From a virus (lineage: Duplodnaviria; Caudoviricetes), in the IMG/VR virus record IMGVR_UViG_3300017991_001587, positions 1 to 50,031 of that record: a stretch of DNA of 50,031 bases, one strand, 5' to 3'. The position numbers and the translations under genes were made by a program. The notes under the pieces were generated by a model that was not told where the DNA came from, made no database searches, and saw only the letters and a list, made by a program, of their open reading frames with translations. Below are positions 18,293-27,891 of this stretch, piece after piece (position 1 is the first letter of the stretch; the number at the start of each line of letters is the position of its first letter).

Positions 18293-20020
18293 ATGCCGAC
18301 CGCCGAACAACCGAGACAAGTCTACTTCCCGAGCGGGAAGATCCGATTGACCGTGCGCTTCGAAGACTTCGGCGTCGATCTTGTCGAGCCGAAGACCTTG
18401 AAGCCGCCGCAACTTCGCAAGGGCACGGGCAACGCCGAGCTTGACATCGAAAACGTCGACGGTCGGCTTGTGCTTCGCCCGAAGGGAAGCGACGCGAACG
18501 TTCACGGAAGCCCGCAAGAACAGACCAAGAGCGACGACGACTATACATTCGAGATCGGCGGTATCATCCCGAAGTATGCGACGATCTCCTTGAACGGCAT
18601 CCGCACCGCGTCGACCCTTTCGTGCGAGCTTCGCTACATCGACTGTCCAATCGACCCGCGTGTCGTGCGGGCATGCGCCGTCGAATTCTTTCTCGGCACG
18701 ATCTCGGAAGCCGACTTTCAACGCGGGGTCGACGGCGGTCGGCGGGAAGCTTCGGAAGGTTCGACCGGCGAGCCCTTGAATCTAATCCCCGACACGTATG
18801 TCGATGAATATGGGCGACCGCGAACGAACCTTCGTTTTCAAGGTTGGGTCGACGACTGGGAGATCGAATGGTCGAAGGAAGGCGAACCGATCGTTCGGCT
18901 CGAATGCACCGACAACACGCGAATGTTGATCGATCAACCCGCACCGCCGAAGCTTGTCGTCGGCACGAAGGATCCGCTCGACCGGGCGATCGCGACCTAC
19001 CTTGCGAACTTCCCGCAGTTTCGCGGGCTCGGTGTCCGATACATGCCGCCCGGTGTCGAGCCGCCGACGCTCGGTGCGTCGCTTGCTCGAACCGCTTTCA
19101 AGCCGTCGCTTGGACCGGCGGCGGGCGGGTCGTCGAAGCTTTCGATCTGGGATTACTTGACCGATGTTTGCGGATCGGTCGGGCACACGATCCGATTCGT
19201 CGGCGTCGACGTGATCATCCAACGGGCTCGCACGTTGTATTCGGGCGCGTTCGCTGGTCGCCCCGACGACCCATTCACGGGGCGGATCCTTCCTAGCGGG
19301 CGCGAGCTAAAGCAACGCTTGTATGTGTACGGGCGCAACGTCGATTCGTTGTCGTTCCGGCGGCGCTTCACGACGTCGGCACCGACGAACATCGAAGTTC
19401 GGTGCTACAACGGCAAGCGCAAGAAGACGCTTGTCGCACGCTACCCGTTGAAGAAGGATCGCGTGCTTCGCGCACCGCCCGGAAACGACGTAAACGACAA
19501 GTGGCTTGTCGTGCGCGTGTCGGGCATTGAAGACGAAAAGGTGCTTCGCGTGATCGCACAAGGCGTGTACGAAACGATCGGGCGGCGAGAGATCGAAGTC
19601 TCGCTTGCGACGAAGAACCTTGCGACCTTCGGCGGCGGGAATCTCGACCCCGACGCGATGGACGTGCAACCGGGCGATGCGGTCGACGTCGAGATCAACC
19701 GCGATCTCGACGCGGCGACTATCACCGCGATCGAAGACAAGGTGACAACGCAAGCGGCGGAATTCTTGAAGTCGCTCGGGTATTCGCCCGCCTTCGCAAA
19801 GGCATACGAGCGGGCGGCGACGAATCTCGGGGTTCCAACGACGTTTCGGGTGCGTCGTGTCACGTTCGACTGGGATGTCGAAGAAGGGATCACGATCAAC
19901 TTCGAGCTTGTGAATTACATCGAAGTGCGAGCCGACAAGCAACTTCCCGAAGGCGAAGAGATCAAGCCCGACGACACGCTCGGCGTCGAGCCCGTAACCG
20001 TGAAGGTCGACGACGAATGA
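18293..20020 (+). CDS. Baseplate hub (gp27/gpD-like)
   Basis: FQGWVDDWEIEW..VRLECTD pattern; synteny. Confidence 0.7.
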   Translation: MPTAEQPRQVYFPSGKIRLTVRFEDFGVDLVEPKTLKPPQLRKGTGNAELDIENVDGRLVLRPKGSDANVHGSPQEQTKSDDDYTFEIGGIIPKYATISLNGIRTASTLSCELRYIDCPIDPRVVRACAVEFFLGTISEADFQRGVDGGRREASEGSTGEPLNLIPDTYVDEYGRPRTNLRFQGWVDDWEIEWSKEGEPIVRLECTDNTRMLIDQPAPPKLVVGTKDPLDRAIATYLANFPQFRGLGVRYMPPGVEPPTLGASLARTAFKPSLGPAAGGSSKLSIWDYLTDVCGSVGHTIRFVGVDVIIQRARTLYSGAFAGRPDDPFTGRILPSGRELKQRLYVYGRNVDSLSFRRRFTTSAPTNIEVRCYNGKRKKTLVARYPLKKDRVLRAPPGNDVNDKWLVVRVSGIEDEKVLRVIAQGVYETIGRREIEVSLATKNLATFGGGNLDPDAMDVQPGDAVDVEINRDLDAATITAIEDKVTTQAAEFLKSLGYSPAFAKAYERAATNLGVPTTFRVRRVTFDWDVEEGITINFELVNYIEVRADKQLPEGEEIKPDDTLGVEPVTVKVDDE

Positions 20021-21078
20021 AGTACATCCGCAAAGCGCAACGACGGCGGTCGAATCGCGCCATGGATGCGCGCACCATGGGCGAGACCTTCTCGTTCCCC
20101 GGAATCGACCCGCGACAATGGTTCTCGTATGGCGTCGTCGACGACATGACCGACGACGATCCCGAGCCGAGCGTCGTGTTCGACGAAGAGTATGGACCGC
20201 TCGTGAAAGTCACGCTTCACCCGAGCATGACGCCCGCGAATTGTCGCGTTGCGGGGTCGGTCGCGGGCAACGGCGAAGGGGAATATCACCCATTCGTCGC
20301 GGGCGACGAAGTGCTCGTGTTGATCCCCGAAGGGAACGAGAAGGGCGATTGCGTGATCATCGGTCGCATGAACAACGCGATCGACAAGTTCCCGAGCGAT
20401 TCGGTCGCGGGGCAAGATCCGACGACGAACACGTTCGGATTCAAGCGGTGTCGAACGCCCGTCGTTCACGAGTATGCGGGTCCGTACACGTTGCGCTCGG
20501 CGTTGACGGGCGCACTTCTCGCCTTCGACGAAACGGGCTCGCTTACGGTGCGCGACGGCGAAGGCTCGGGATTCCAGATCGGACCCGACGCGATCGGGCT
20601 CTTGTCGAGCGACGGCAAGTTCTTGATCCAACTTGACTTGACCGGGAAGCACGCGTTGATCCAAGCCGACGACGCGATCATCTCGATCTCGGGCACGGGC
20701 GCGAACCCCGAACAGAACATGATCGCGGTGCCCGGTCCGATCGCGATCGGTGCGAGCGGCAACGCACCGGGCGAGCATGCGATCTCGACCGAAGCCGCCG
20801 CGCACATGATGCAATGGGTGCTCCAACTTGTCGGGGCGGCGATCGGGCTTGCGAACCCCGGACCGATCACGGGCGCGACGCTCGCGACGCAACTTGCGAT
20901 TCCGGCAACGACGCCGAGCTTCGCGGGCGCGATGGCATCGGCGGCGGGCGCACCGATTGCACCGCCGGTCCTTGCGGCGATCGTCGGTGCGTTCGCGGTG
21001 CAACCGCAAAAGACCGTCGCACCGCCGACCGGGCAACCGATACCGGGGATCGGGTGCTCGGGCACTTTCATCGGTTGA
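20017..21078 (+). CDS. Baseplate spike (gp5/gpV-like)
   Basis: OB-fold pattern GEYHPFVAGDEVLVLIPEGN...IIGRM followed by beta-repeats. Confidence 0.75.
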   Translation: MKYIRKAQRRRSNRAMDARTMGETFSFPGIDPRQWFSYGVVDDMTDDDPEPSVVFDEEYGPLVKVTLHPSMTPANCRVAGSVAGNGEGEYHPFVAGDEVLVLIPEGNEKGDCVIIGRMNNAIDKFPSDSVAGQDPTTNTFGFKRCRTPVVHEYAGPYTLRSALTGALLAFDETGSLTVRDGEGSGFQIGPDAIGLLSSDGKFLIQLDLTGKHALIQADDAIISISGTGANPEQNMIAVPGPIAIGASGNAPGEHAISTEAAAHMMQWVLQLVGAAIGLANPGPITGATLATQLAIPATTPSFAGAMASAAGAPIAPPVLAAIVGAFAVQPQKTVAPPTGQPIPGIGCSGTFIG

Positions 21079-21089
21079 CCCGATGCCGC

Positions 21090-21183
21090 CCCGGAACCGC
21101 CCCGAGAACGCATCGGCGGGCATGGGGTCGACCCGAAGGGCATCGGGGAAGGTCGAGCCCTTCTCGGGGCGTTCTCGGGCGAC
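21090..21183. repeat. Bipartite element copy 3: CCCGGAACCGC-CCCGAGAA-N52-TTCTCGGGGCGTTCTCGGGCGAC
   Basis: Interior 21109-21160 is 52 nt; lies between convergent genes. Confidence 0.85.
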
Positions 21184-21185
21184 CC

Positions 21186-21389
21186 CTACGGGATCGGGTT
21201 GATCGCAACGGGATCACGTTCCGGGTACAGAACCGCCCCGAGAACGCGTCGGATCAACCGATCGGCGGTTCCCGCGCCGATCTTGCCTTCCGAGCGATAG
21301 CAAGTGCGGGCGCACCGTTCGAGATGTTCGAGCAACGCTTCGGGCGGCGGTGCCCATTCGATGTTGAAGCTGGGTTCGACGATTCGCAT
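21186..21389 (-). pseudogene. thyX: Truncated N-terminal fragment of flavin-dependent thymidylate synthase
   Basis: MRIVEPSFNI...LEHLERCARTCYRSEGKI..GTADRLIRR resembles the ThyX N-terminus. GGAG RBS. Similarity ends before the GHxSxxEH motif, at a half copy of the CCCGAGAACGC element. Confidence 0.7.
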
Positions 21390-21432
21390 TGTGTCTCCAT
21401 GGTTCGGGGTTGGAAGCATCATGCCGCGACGG

Positions 21433-21453
21433 ATGGATGATCGATCATCCATG
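21433..21453. repeat. Palindromic element copy 3, between divergent promoters
   Basis: Perfect copy; TGGATG-N17-TATGTT-N7-ATG(21470) on +, and CGCGGCATGAT on -. Confidence 0.95.
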
Positions 21454-21469
21454 CGGTATGTTGTGGGGC

Positions 21470-21763
21470 ATGGGAGCCGCACCGCCACCCGACGCACCGA
21501 CCCCGGCAGAACAAGCCGCCGTTTCCGCCGACGCATCGTTCGAGCCTTCACCGGGCGGTGCGAGCTTGTGCGGGTTCGCGTTGCCGAGCTTCACCTTCTC
21601 GCTCGCGTTCAACTTCAAGTTCCCGCCCTTCGACTTTCCGCCGACGTTCAACTTCGCGATCGGGCTCAATTGCGACTTGTCGAACCCGATCGACGCGAGC
21701 TTCTCGTTCGGCGGCGGGCGCGTCGCGACAAGCGACCCCGACCCCTTTGAAGAGGATTTGTGA
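21470..21763 (+). CDS. Small Phe/Pro-rich hypothetical protein
   Basis: ORF with a leaderless-type start; F-x-F repeats. Confidence 0.55.
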   Translation: MGAAPPPDAPTPAEQAAVSADASFEPSPGGASLCGFALPSFTFSLAFNFKFPPFDFPPTFNFAIGLNCDLSNPIDASFSFGGGRVATSDPDPFEEDL

Positions 21764-21765
21764 CC

Positions 21766-22239
21766 ATGAAGGATCAACCGGCGTTGACGGTATGGGCGAA
21801 GGTCGCGAAGGGCGGCAAGGGCTCGCCCGATCAAGAGCGCGACGACTCGGGGCGGTTCGGCTCGGGCTCGGGCAAGTCGAAGAAGGAAGCCGCGCCGAAA
21901 GCTTCGGAAGCGACAAGTGCGGATGATGTCGACGACACGACGCTGGGCGAAACGCTATCCGAACGCGGTGTCACGAGCGAGACGGGGCGAATGGATCGGC
22001 TTGGCGTGATCCGCGAAGCGTTCCCGAAGATGGGTATGAGCGATCACATGCGGTTGAATCGCCGCGCGACCGAAGCGCTCGGCGGCGTCGAAGAAAAACG
22101 AGCATGGGAAGTCGGGCGCGAGCAACGCGGCGGGCATCCGGGCGGTGTCGCCCCGGTCGGTGAGATCGGAACACGGGCGAGCAACCGGGCGAGCCGAACG
22201 GCGGCGCGGGCGGGCATGCGCAAGGGTCGTCGGCGGTAG
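21766..22239 (+). CDS. Hypothetical protein with PALTVWA and RDDSGRF motifs
   Basis: GAGG RBS; motifs shared with other small proteins. Confidence 0.65.
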   Translation: MKDQPALTVWAKVAKGGKGSPDQERDDSGRFGSGSGKSKKEAAPKASEATSADDVDDTTLGETLSERGVTSETGRMDRLGVIREAFPKMGMSDHMRLNRRATEALGGVEEKRAWEVGREQRGGHPGGVAPVGEIGTRASNRASRTAARAGMRKGRRR

Positions 22240-22240
22240 C

Positions 22241-23362
22241 ATGCGCACCTTGAAGCACCGAGAGCCCGAGCCGCTCGACGCCGCGTTCTTCGACCCGACC
22301 CTTCGCGCCCCCTTCCCGTGGTACGGCGGCAAGTCGAAAGCCGCGCCGATCATCTGGAAGGCAATGGGCGACGTGAAGAACTATGTCGAGCCCTTCGCGG
22401 GCTCGCTCGCGACGCTTCTCGCCCGACCGCACGCACCGAAGATCGAAACGATCAACGACAAGGATGCTTGGGTTGCGAACTTCTGGCGGGCGGTGCAAGC
22501 CGACCCCGATGCCGTTGCGGGCTTCGCAAACTGGCCGATCAACGAAGCCGACCTTTCGGCTCGGCACGTTTGGCTTGTGAACAAGCGAGCCGAGATCGCG
22601 GAACGCGTGACCGTCGACCCCGACTTCTTCGATCCGAAGGTCGCGGGCTGGTGGGTTTGGGGCGTGTGCATCTGGATCGGTGCGGGTTGGTGCGACGGGC
22701 GCGGTCCGTGGAACACCGACGACGGCAAGACATGGGTGAAGCGCCCGATCAACGGAAGCGATGCGCGGGGCATCAAGCATTCGATGCCGATGCTACAGAT
22801 CCCCGGTGGCGTGCATCGGTACACCGACAAGGGGTTGAACGATCGCGGGATCACGAAGGGCTTGCCCGATCTGATCAACCCGCGCGGCGTTCACCGACGC
22901 ACCGATCGCGGCGTGTCGCGGCAACTTCCCGAGCTTGGCAACTTCGGGCGCGGTGCCGCTCGCGACATGACAACCGAAACGCTTCACGCGTGGTTCTCGA
23001 CGTTGCGCGTGACTTGCGGCGATTGGAGTCGCGTGCTTTGCAAGACCGCAACCGTCGTTCATGGCACGACCGGCATCTTGCTCGACCCGCCGTACGATCA
23101 ACACGAAGGCACCGAAGGCTTGTATGCCGAGAAGGACATCGAAGGGTTGTCGGAAGCGGTCGGGGAATGGGCGATCGAGCATGGCGACGACAAGCGGCTT
23201 CGGATCGTGTTGTGCGGGTACGACGGAACCTTCGACCCGCCGCCCGGTTGGCGCACCATGCCATGGTTCAACGGGTCGTCGGTCGGTCGCGGTTCCGAGA
23301 AGGCATTGAAGGGTCGGCTTCGCGAACGACTTTGGATGTCGCCGCATTGCTTCGTCGTGTAG
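22241..23362 (+). CDS. DNA adenine methyltransferase (Dam/D12 class)
   Basis: PFPWYGGKS, YVEPFAGS, INDKD and LDPPY motifs. Confidence 0.9.
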   Translation: MRTLKHREPEPLDAAFFDPTLRAPFPWYGGKSKAAPIIWKAMGDVKNYVEPFAGSLATLLARPHAPKIETINDKDAWVANFWRAVQADPDAVAGFANWPINEADLSARHVWLVNKRAEIAERVTVDPDFFDPKVAGWWVWGVCIWIGAGWCDGRGPWNTDDGKTWVKRPINGSDARGIKHSMPMLQIPGGVHRYTDKGLNDRGITKGLPDLINPRGVHRRTDRGVSRQLPELGNFGRGAARDMTTETLHAWFSTLRVTCGDWSRVLCKTATVVHGTTGILLDPPYDQHEGTEGLYAEKDIEGLSEAVGEWAIEHGDDKRLRIVLCGYDGTFDPPPGWRTMPWFNGSSVGRGSEKALKGRLRERLWMSPHCFVV

Positions 23363-23366
23363 CGCG

Positions 23367-23404
23367 TCGACACGTCGAGCCGCACACGGTACGCTCGACG
23401 CATG
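23367..23404 (+). promoter_or_regulatory. Leaderless promoter TCGACA-N17-TACGCT-N6-ATG
   Basis: Near-duplicate of 1226-1263. Confidence 0.65.
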
Positions 23405-24175
23405 GCCGTCCAGATCACGATCGATCAAGGTGTGCTTCCGCCGGGAACACCGGGGAAGGCACGCGAAGACCTTTCCCTATGGACCCCGGTCGTTCTCACG
23501 TCGAGCGGCGGTCCGTTCGCGGCGTACCTATGGCGGATCCTTCACGGGGCGGTCGACATCGACAACGGCGTGAAGTCGTCGGCAATCCTGACAACGCCGA
23601 CCGCCCCGTCGACGCAAGTGAATCCGGTCGATGTCGAAGGCACATACTTGATCGAGCTTGTCGTCGATTCGGGCAACGGGCTCGGCGCTTCCGAAGATGA
23701 CATCGCCCGGATCACGTTCTACGTGGGCACCGCGCTTGCTTCGGATCCATGGGATCTTCCGCGACGGGTGATCGCGTTCAAGGAAACGACCGAGCACAAC
23801 GTGAACGACGCGCTCGACCCGACCGGCAACCCGGAAGGGTACGCCCGCGAGATGGAGCGATGGTTCTCGGTGATCCGACAGAATTATCGCGGCAAGTCAT
23901 GGGCGCATGCGCGGGTCGACATGTTGGGCGGGTTCGGCTTTCCGGTGCGGTCGTTCAACTTGTTCACGTCGCGGCTCGGCGTCGGATGGTGTCAAGCCTT
24001 CTTCAACGTTCCGATGCCGAACGCCGACTATTCGGTGATCGGTTCGCCCCGGAACACGCCCGGTTCGGTTGTCGTCGCGAACGAAACGACGAACGGCTTC
24101 GACGTGTACCGCTTCGATTCGGCGGGCTTGCTTGTCGACGACGACTTCTCGATCGACGTGAAGCTGGGTGAATGA
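23402..24175 (+). CDS. Putative tail/baseplate structural protein (Ig/PKD-like N-terminus, fibre-like C-terminus)
   Basis: DVEGTYLIELVV PKD-like strand; FNVPMPNADYSV..TTNGFDV fibre-tip pattern. Confidence 0.55.
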   Translation: MAVQITIDQGVLPPGTPGKAREDLSLWTPVVLTSSGGPFAAYLWRILHGAVDIDNGVKSSAILTTPTAPSTQVNPVDVEGTYLIELVVDSGNGLGASEDDIARITFYVGTALASDPWDLPRRVIAFKETTEHNVNDALDPTGNPEGYAREMERWFSVIRQNYRGKSWAHARVDMLGGFGFPVRSFNLFTSRLGVGWCQAFFNVPMPNADYSVIGSPRNTPGSVVVANETTNGFDVYRFDSAGLLVDDDFSIDVKLGE

Positions 24176-25065
24176 CAATGGGTTGGGGATTCGGATCGTT
24201 CGGGTTGACGCCATGGGGCGCGAAAGGCGTTTCGTCGCTTCAACTTCTCGCCGCGCTCGCGATCCGCGAGAACGTCGTTCGGCTCACGTTCAACACGAGC
24301 GTTCAATTCACCGGGATCTTGAACGCGGGCGACGGCGCGAACGTGAAGCGGTATTCGGTCGCGGTCGTCGAAGGAACGGTCGGGCTCGACGGCGAAGCGG
24401 TGCGCCCGGTGCGACCCGCCGTCGTCAAGCAAGCGTCGATCCCCGAGACCTTCGGAAGCGTGATCGATCTCACGGTCGACCGCCCCTTCACTGCATACCC
24501 GTCGCGCTATCGCGTTTCGGTGCAAGGCGTGAACGCGGCATCGGGCGTGCTTCTCGACCCGACCGCGACGTCGCTCGAATTCGTCGGGCTTCGACGCGAC
24601 CGACCCCGACCCCGGATCGACCTTGTATCGGCTTCGCGCGACATCGCGAACCCGCAAGTCGGTTCGGCGCTTCTCGACCCGTTGCCGAACACGACGGACC
24701 CGTTGATCCTTGGAACCTTCCCGACCGATTCGTCGGGCGACATCGCCTTCGACGAAGGGATCGACGGGTATCGCAAGCGCGTGTTCCGGCGGTGCTACAC
24801 GCGCAAGGGAGCATTCTCTTGGATGCCCGAATACGGGGTCGGGCTTCCCGGTCAAGTCAAGCGCTTGTCGCGACGTGGAACCCGCGACGCGATTGCCGCC
24901 GATGCCGAAACGCAGATCGCGGAAGAGCCCGAGACCGTCGAAGTACAATGCCGCTTCGAGCAAGACACGCGCTCGCCCGATCTGTTCTGGCTTCGGATCC
25001 GAGCCCGAACCGTTTTCTCGCCAACGCCGATCGAGCTTGGCGTTCCGTTCTCACCGCCCGGATAA
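24172..25065 (+). CDS. Baseplate wedge/sheath initiator (gp25-like C-terminus)
   Basis: TRKGAFSWMPEYGVGL matches the gp25/gpW T..GE....PxYG motif; directly upstream of baseplate J. Confidence 0.75.
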   Translation: MTMGWGFGSFGLTPWGAKGVSSLQLLAALAIRENVVRLTFNTSVQFTGILNAGDGANVKRYSVAVVEGTVGLDGEAVRPVRPAVVKQASIPETFGSVIDLTVDRPFTAYPSRYRVSVQGVNAASGVLLDPTATSLEFVGLRRDRPRPRIDLVSASRDIANPQVGSALLDPLPNTTDPLILGTFPTDSSGDIAFDEGIDGYRKRVFRRCYTRKGAFSWMPEYGVGLPGQVKRLSRRGTRDAIAADAETQIAEEPETVEVQCRFEQDTRSPDLFWLRIRARTVFSPTPIELGVPFSPPG

Positions 25066-25074
25066 GGGATCGCC

Positions 25075-26178
25075 ATGGAGCTACTTTCACGACTTGATTA
25101 TCACCAGATCGGGCGACGATACGTGTCGACGCGATCGCAAAAGGTCGACGCGTCGCTTGTCGACGTCGAAGGTTCCGACGTCAACTTGTTCGTTGGGTCG
25201 TCGTCTTACATGGCTTATGCGGTCACGCGGCAACTTGCCGACCGGATCCGCGTGTTGCTGTTGAACGGTGCGAACGGCGAAGACCTTGATCGGTACGCGT
25301 TCGACCGATACCAATTGACACGCAAGGGCGCGGCGGCGGCGGTCGGTGAAGTGCGGTTCTACCGAACTAGCACGGCGGGCGGCGGCGGTGCGATCCCGGT
25401 CGGAACGGTTCTCAAGTCCTTGACCGGGATCGAGTATGTGACAACGACGGCGGCGAACTTCTCGGCAATCGCGACCGAAGCGACGGCGAACGTTCGGGCG
25501 GTGCAAGCGGGAAAGAACTTCCAAGTCGGGGCAAACCAGATCCGCCGCTTCGACAACGTGTCGACGCTCTTCGATCCGTCGATGCAAGTGAACAACGACG
25601 AAAAGATGGGCGGCGGCGAGAACGCCGAGCTTGACGATCCGTTCCGCAACCGGATCCGCGACTTCTGGAATGCGGCGAGACGTGGCACGAAGGGCGCGAT
25701 CGAATTCGGTGCTCGGGCGGTCGCTGGCGTCGAATCGGCAAGCGCCGAAGAAGTGCTCTTCGGCGGGCTTCCGGTGCGGGTTGTCAATCTATACCTTGCC
25801 GATTCGAGCGGCGTCGCATCGGTTGCGCTCGGGGCGACGGTGCGAACCGCGCTCGACGAATGGCGCGCTTGCGGCATCGCGGTGATCACTTCGACGTCGA
25901 TTCCCGAGATCGTCGACATCGTGTTGAAGCTTTCCTTCGTGACGGGCGTCGACACGACGACGATCACGGAAGCGATCCGCAACTCAATGGCCGAATACGT
26001 CAATTCGTTGTCGGTGAACGCGACACTTCTTCGAGCCGCGCTCTTCTCGGTGCTTCAACGCTTCCGACTCGACGGGCTTGTCGTCGACGAATCGTCGGTG
26101 GTTGAGCCGACCGGCGACGTGATCCCGACACCGGGGCGAACCATCCGAACGACACTTGCGAACGTGTCGGTGCAATAG
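25075..26178 (+). CDS. Baseplate J-like protein
   Basis: ANGEDLDRYA..LTRKGA.AA.GEV, GGGENAELDDPFRNRI and RGTKGAIEF motifs. Confidence 0.9.
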   Translation: MELLSRLDYHQIGRRYVSTRSQKVDASLVDVEGSDVNLFVGSSSYMAYAVTRQLADRIRVLLLNGANGEDLDRYAFDRYQLTRKGAAAAVGEVRFYRTSTAGGGGAIPVGTVLKSLTGIEYVTTTAANFSAIATEATANVRAVQAGKNFQVGANQIRRFDNVSTLFDPSMQVNNDEKMGGGENAELDDPFRNRIRDFWNAARRGTKGAIEFGARAVAGVESASAEEVLFGGLPVRVVNLYLADSSGVASVALGATVRTALDEWRACGIAVITSTSIPEIVDIVLKLSFVTGVDTTTITEAIRNSMAEYVNSLSVNATLLRAALFSVLQRFRLDGLVVDESSVVEPTGDVIPTPGRTIRTTLANVSVQ

Positions 26179-26186
26179 GGGAACGC

Positions 26187-27818
26187 ATGGCTTCGACGCG
26201 CAAGACCGGGGCGTTGACTTCGACCGAGTTGATCTCGCTTTGGAAGTCGGTTGTCGACGCGGGGTATTCCCGACCGTTCCTTGAAGGGGAAGCCGAAGGT
26301 CGCGACACGGGATTTCAAGCGTCGTACGGGCAAGCCGCCGAACAACTTGCTCGGGCGAGCGAGATGGTCAACCGCTCGACGCAAGCTATGTATGTGCTCC
26401 CGTGGTCGGGGCAAACCGACGAACCGGCGGCGGGTGCGAGCAACGCCGAAGTCGACTTGACGTTGACGCGCACGACTCAATTCACGATCCCGATCTCGAT
26501 CATCGAAGGTCAAGTCGTGTTCGTCGAGAACGTCGACGACATGGGGCAAGACGGGGCGCAAGTCGTGCAAAGCGGTCGACGGTTCGTTGCCGCCGAGACG
26601 CGCACCTTCGCGCCCGGTGAAGCTGGACCGATCACGATCCGGGCGCGAGCCGAACGACCGGGCTTCGGGTATAACATGTCGCCGCCCGGATCGATCAACG
26701 AAGTCGCGCAAGTCGGGGCGAACTTCGCGCATGATCTGGCGCAAGTCGTCGCGGGCGTCGAGTCGCATCGGTTGATCGTGCGACCTTCGCCCGACGTCGT
26801 GATCCCCGAGCACGTCGGATGCTTCGTGCTCTTCACGAGCGGGGCGAACGCGGGGCAAGTGCGGCGGATCATCGGGTATGAACGACCGTCGTTGACCTAT
26901 CCGCACGGCGGCGTCGCGACGCTTGCCGCGACGGGCGTGTTCATTGTATCGGCGGTCGGCGGCACCTTCCTTGAAGGCGAAGAGATCACGCAAACGATCG
27001 CGGGCACGATCGTCGCGAAGGGGTTGTTCCGGCGCTTGTACGGGGATCGCATGGTGTTCGAGCGCACCTTCGGGGCGTTCGTGCCCGGAAGCCCGATCGC
27101 GGGCACCTTGACGGCTTCAAGCGCGACCATCGACTCGATCGACATCTCGCCCGACATGACATCGGAACAACCCGACAACCCGCCCGGTGCGCCCGGTGCG
27201 TCATGGGTGATCGTTTCGTGGGAAACGCTTGGGATCGAAGTCACGAACGACGAAAGCCCGAGCGGCGGCATCGCACCTATGCTCGACGAATTGGGCGAAG
27301 AGCGCGGGATCTATCGCTCGCCCGGTGAGAACGACGACTCGTATCGCGAGCGGGTCGCGACGGTTGCCGACACCGTGAGCCCGAATGCGATCCGTCGCAT
27401 CTCGAATCGCGTGTTTGCCGAATACGGGGCGTCGGCTTGCCTTCGCGAGATCGGGCAAGCGAACTTTCGCGGGTTCTTCTTCGACGGCGACCCTTCGAGC
27501 AACGACCCCGCGATCGCGTTCGCATACGATCTCGACTTCACGATCCGCCCGCAAGACCGACACAAGTTGATCGTCGATTACACCGAGATGCGGGCGTTCT
27601 TCTTGATCGGCGTTCCGCCGATGCCGTTGCCCGAATTCGGGTTCGCGTTCGACGAAGGGCTCGTGAACGCGTTCGATTCGAGCCCGCACTATACGTTCTT
27701 CGACGGCTTCCCGATCACGACCGCGATTCTCTACCGCACCGCATGGCAAGCGGTCGAGAAAGCTCGGGCGTACGGGGTCGGCTTCGATCTGTACCTTGAA
27801 GACGTCGGGTGCATCTAG
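26187..27818 (+). CDS. Baseplate wedge protein (gpI-like region with J-like insert)
   Basis: LDELGEERGIYRSPGENDDSYRERV motif; follows J. Confidence 0.65.
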   Translation: MASTRKTGALTSTELISLWKSVVDAGYSRPFLEGEAEGRDTGFQASYGQAAEQLARASEMVNRSTQAMYVLPWSGQTDEPAAGASNAEVDLTLTRTTQFTIPISIIEGQVVFVENVDDMGQDGAQVVQSGRRFVAAETRTFAPGEAGPITIRARAERPGFGYNMSPPGSINEVAQVGANFAHDLAQVVAGVESHRLIVRPSPDVVIPEHVGCFVLFTSGANAGQVRRIIGYERPSLTYPHGGVATLAATGVFIVSAVGGTFLEGEEITQTIAGTIVAKGLFRRLYGDRMVFERTFGAFVPGSPIAGTLTASSATIDSIDISPDMTSEQPDNPPGAPGASWVIVSWETLGIEVTNDESPSGGIAPMLDELGEERGIYRSPGENDDSYRERVATVADTVSPNAIRRISNRVFAEYGASACLREIGQANFRGFFFDGDPSSNDPAIAFAYDLDFTIRPQDRHKLIVDYTEMRAFFLIGVPPMPLPEFGFAFDEGLVNAFDSSPHYTFFDGFPITTAILYRTAWQAVEKARAYGVGFDLYLEDVGCI

Positions 27819-27823
27819 CGCCG

Positions 27824-27844
27824 ATGGATGATCGATCATCCATG
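27824..27844. repeat. Palindromic element copy 4
   Basis: Perfect copy 5 nt after a stop codon, upstream of TATCGT-N6-ATG(27892). Confidence 0.95.
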
Positions 27845-27891
27845 TCGCGGGGCGGCTCGCCTTGCGGGTTGGCGTGCGGTATCGTCGGGGT

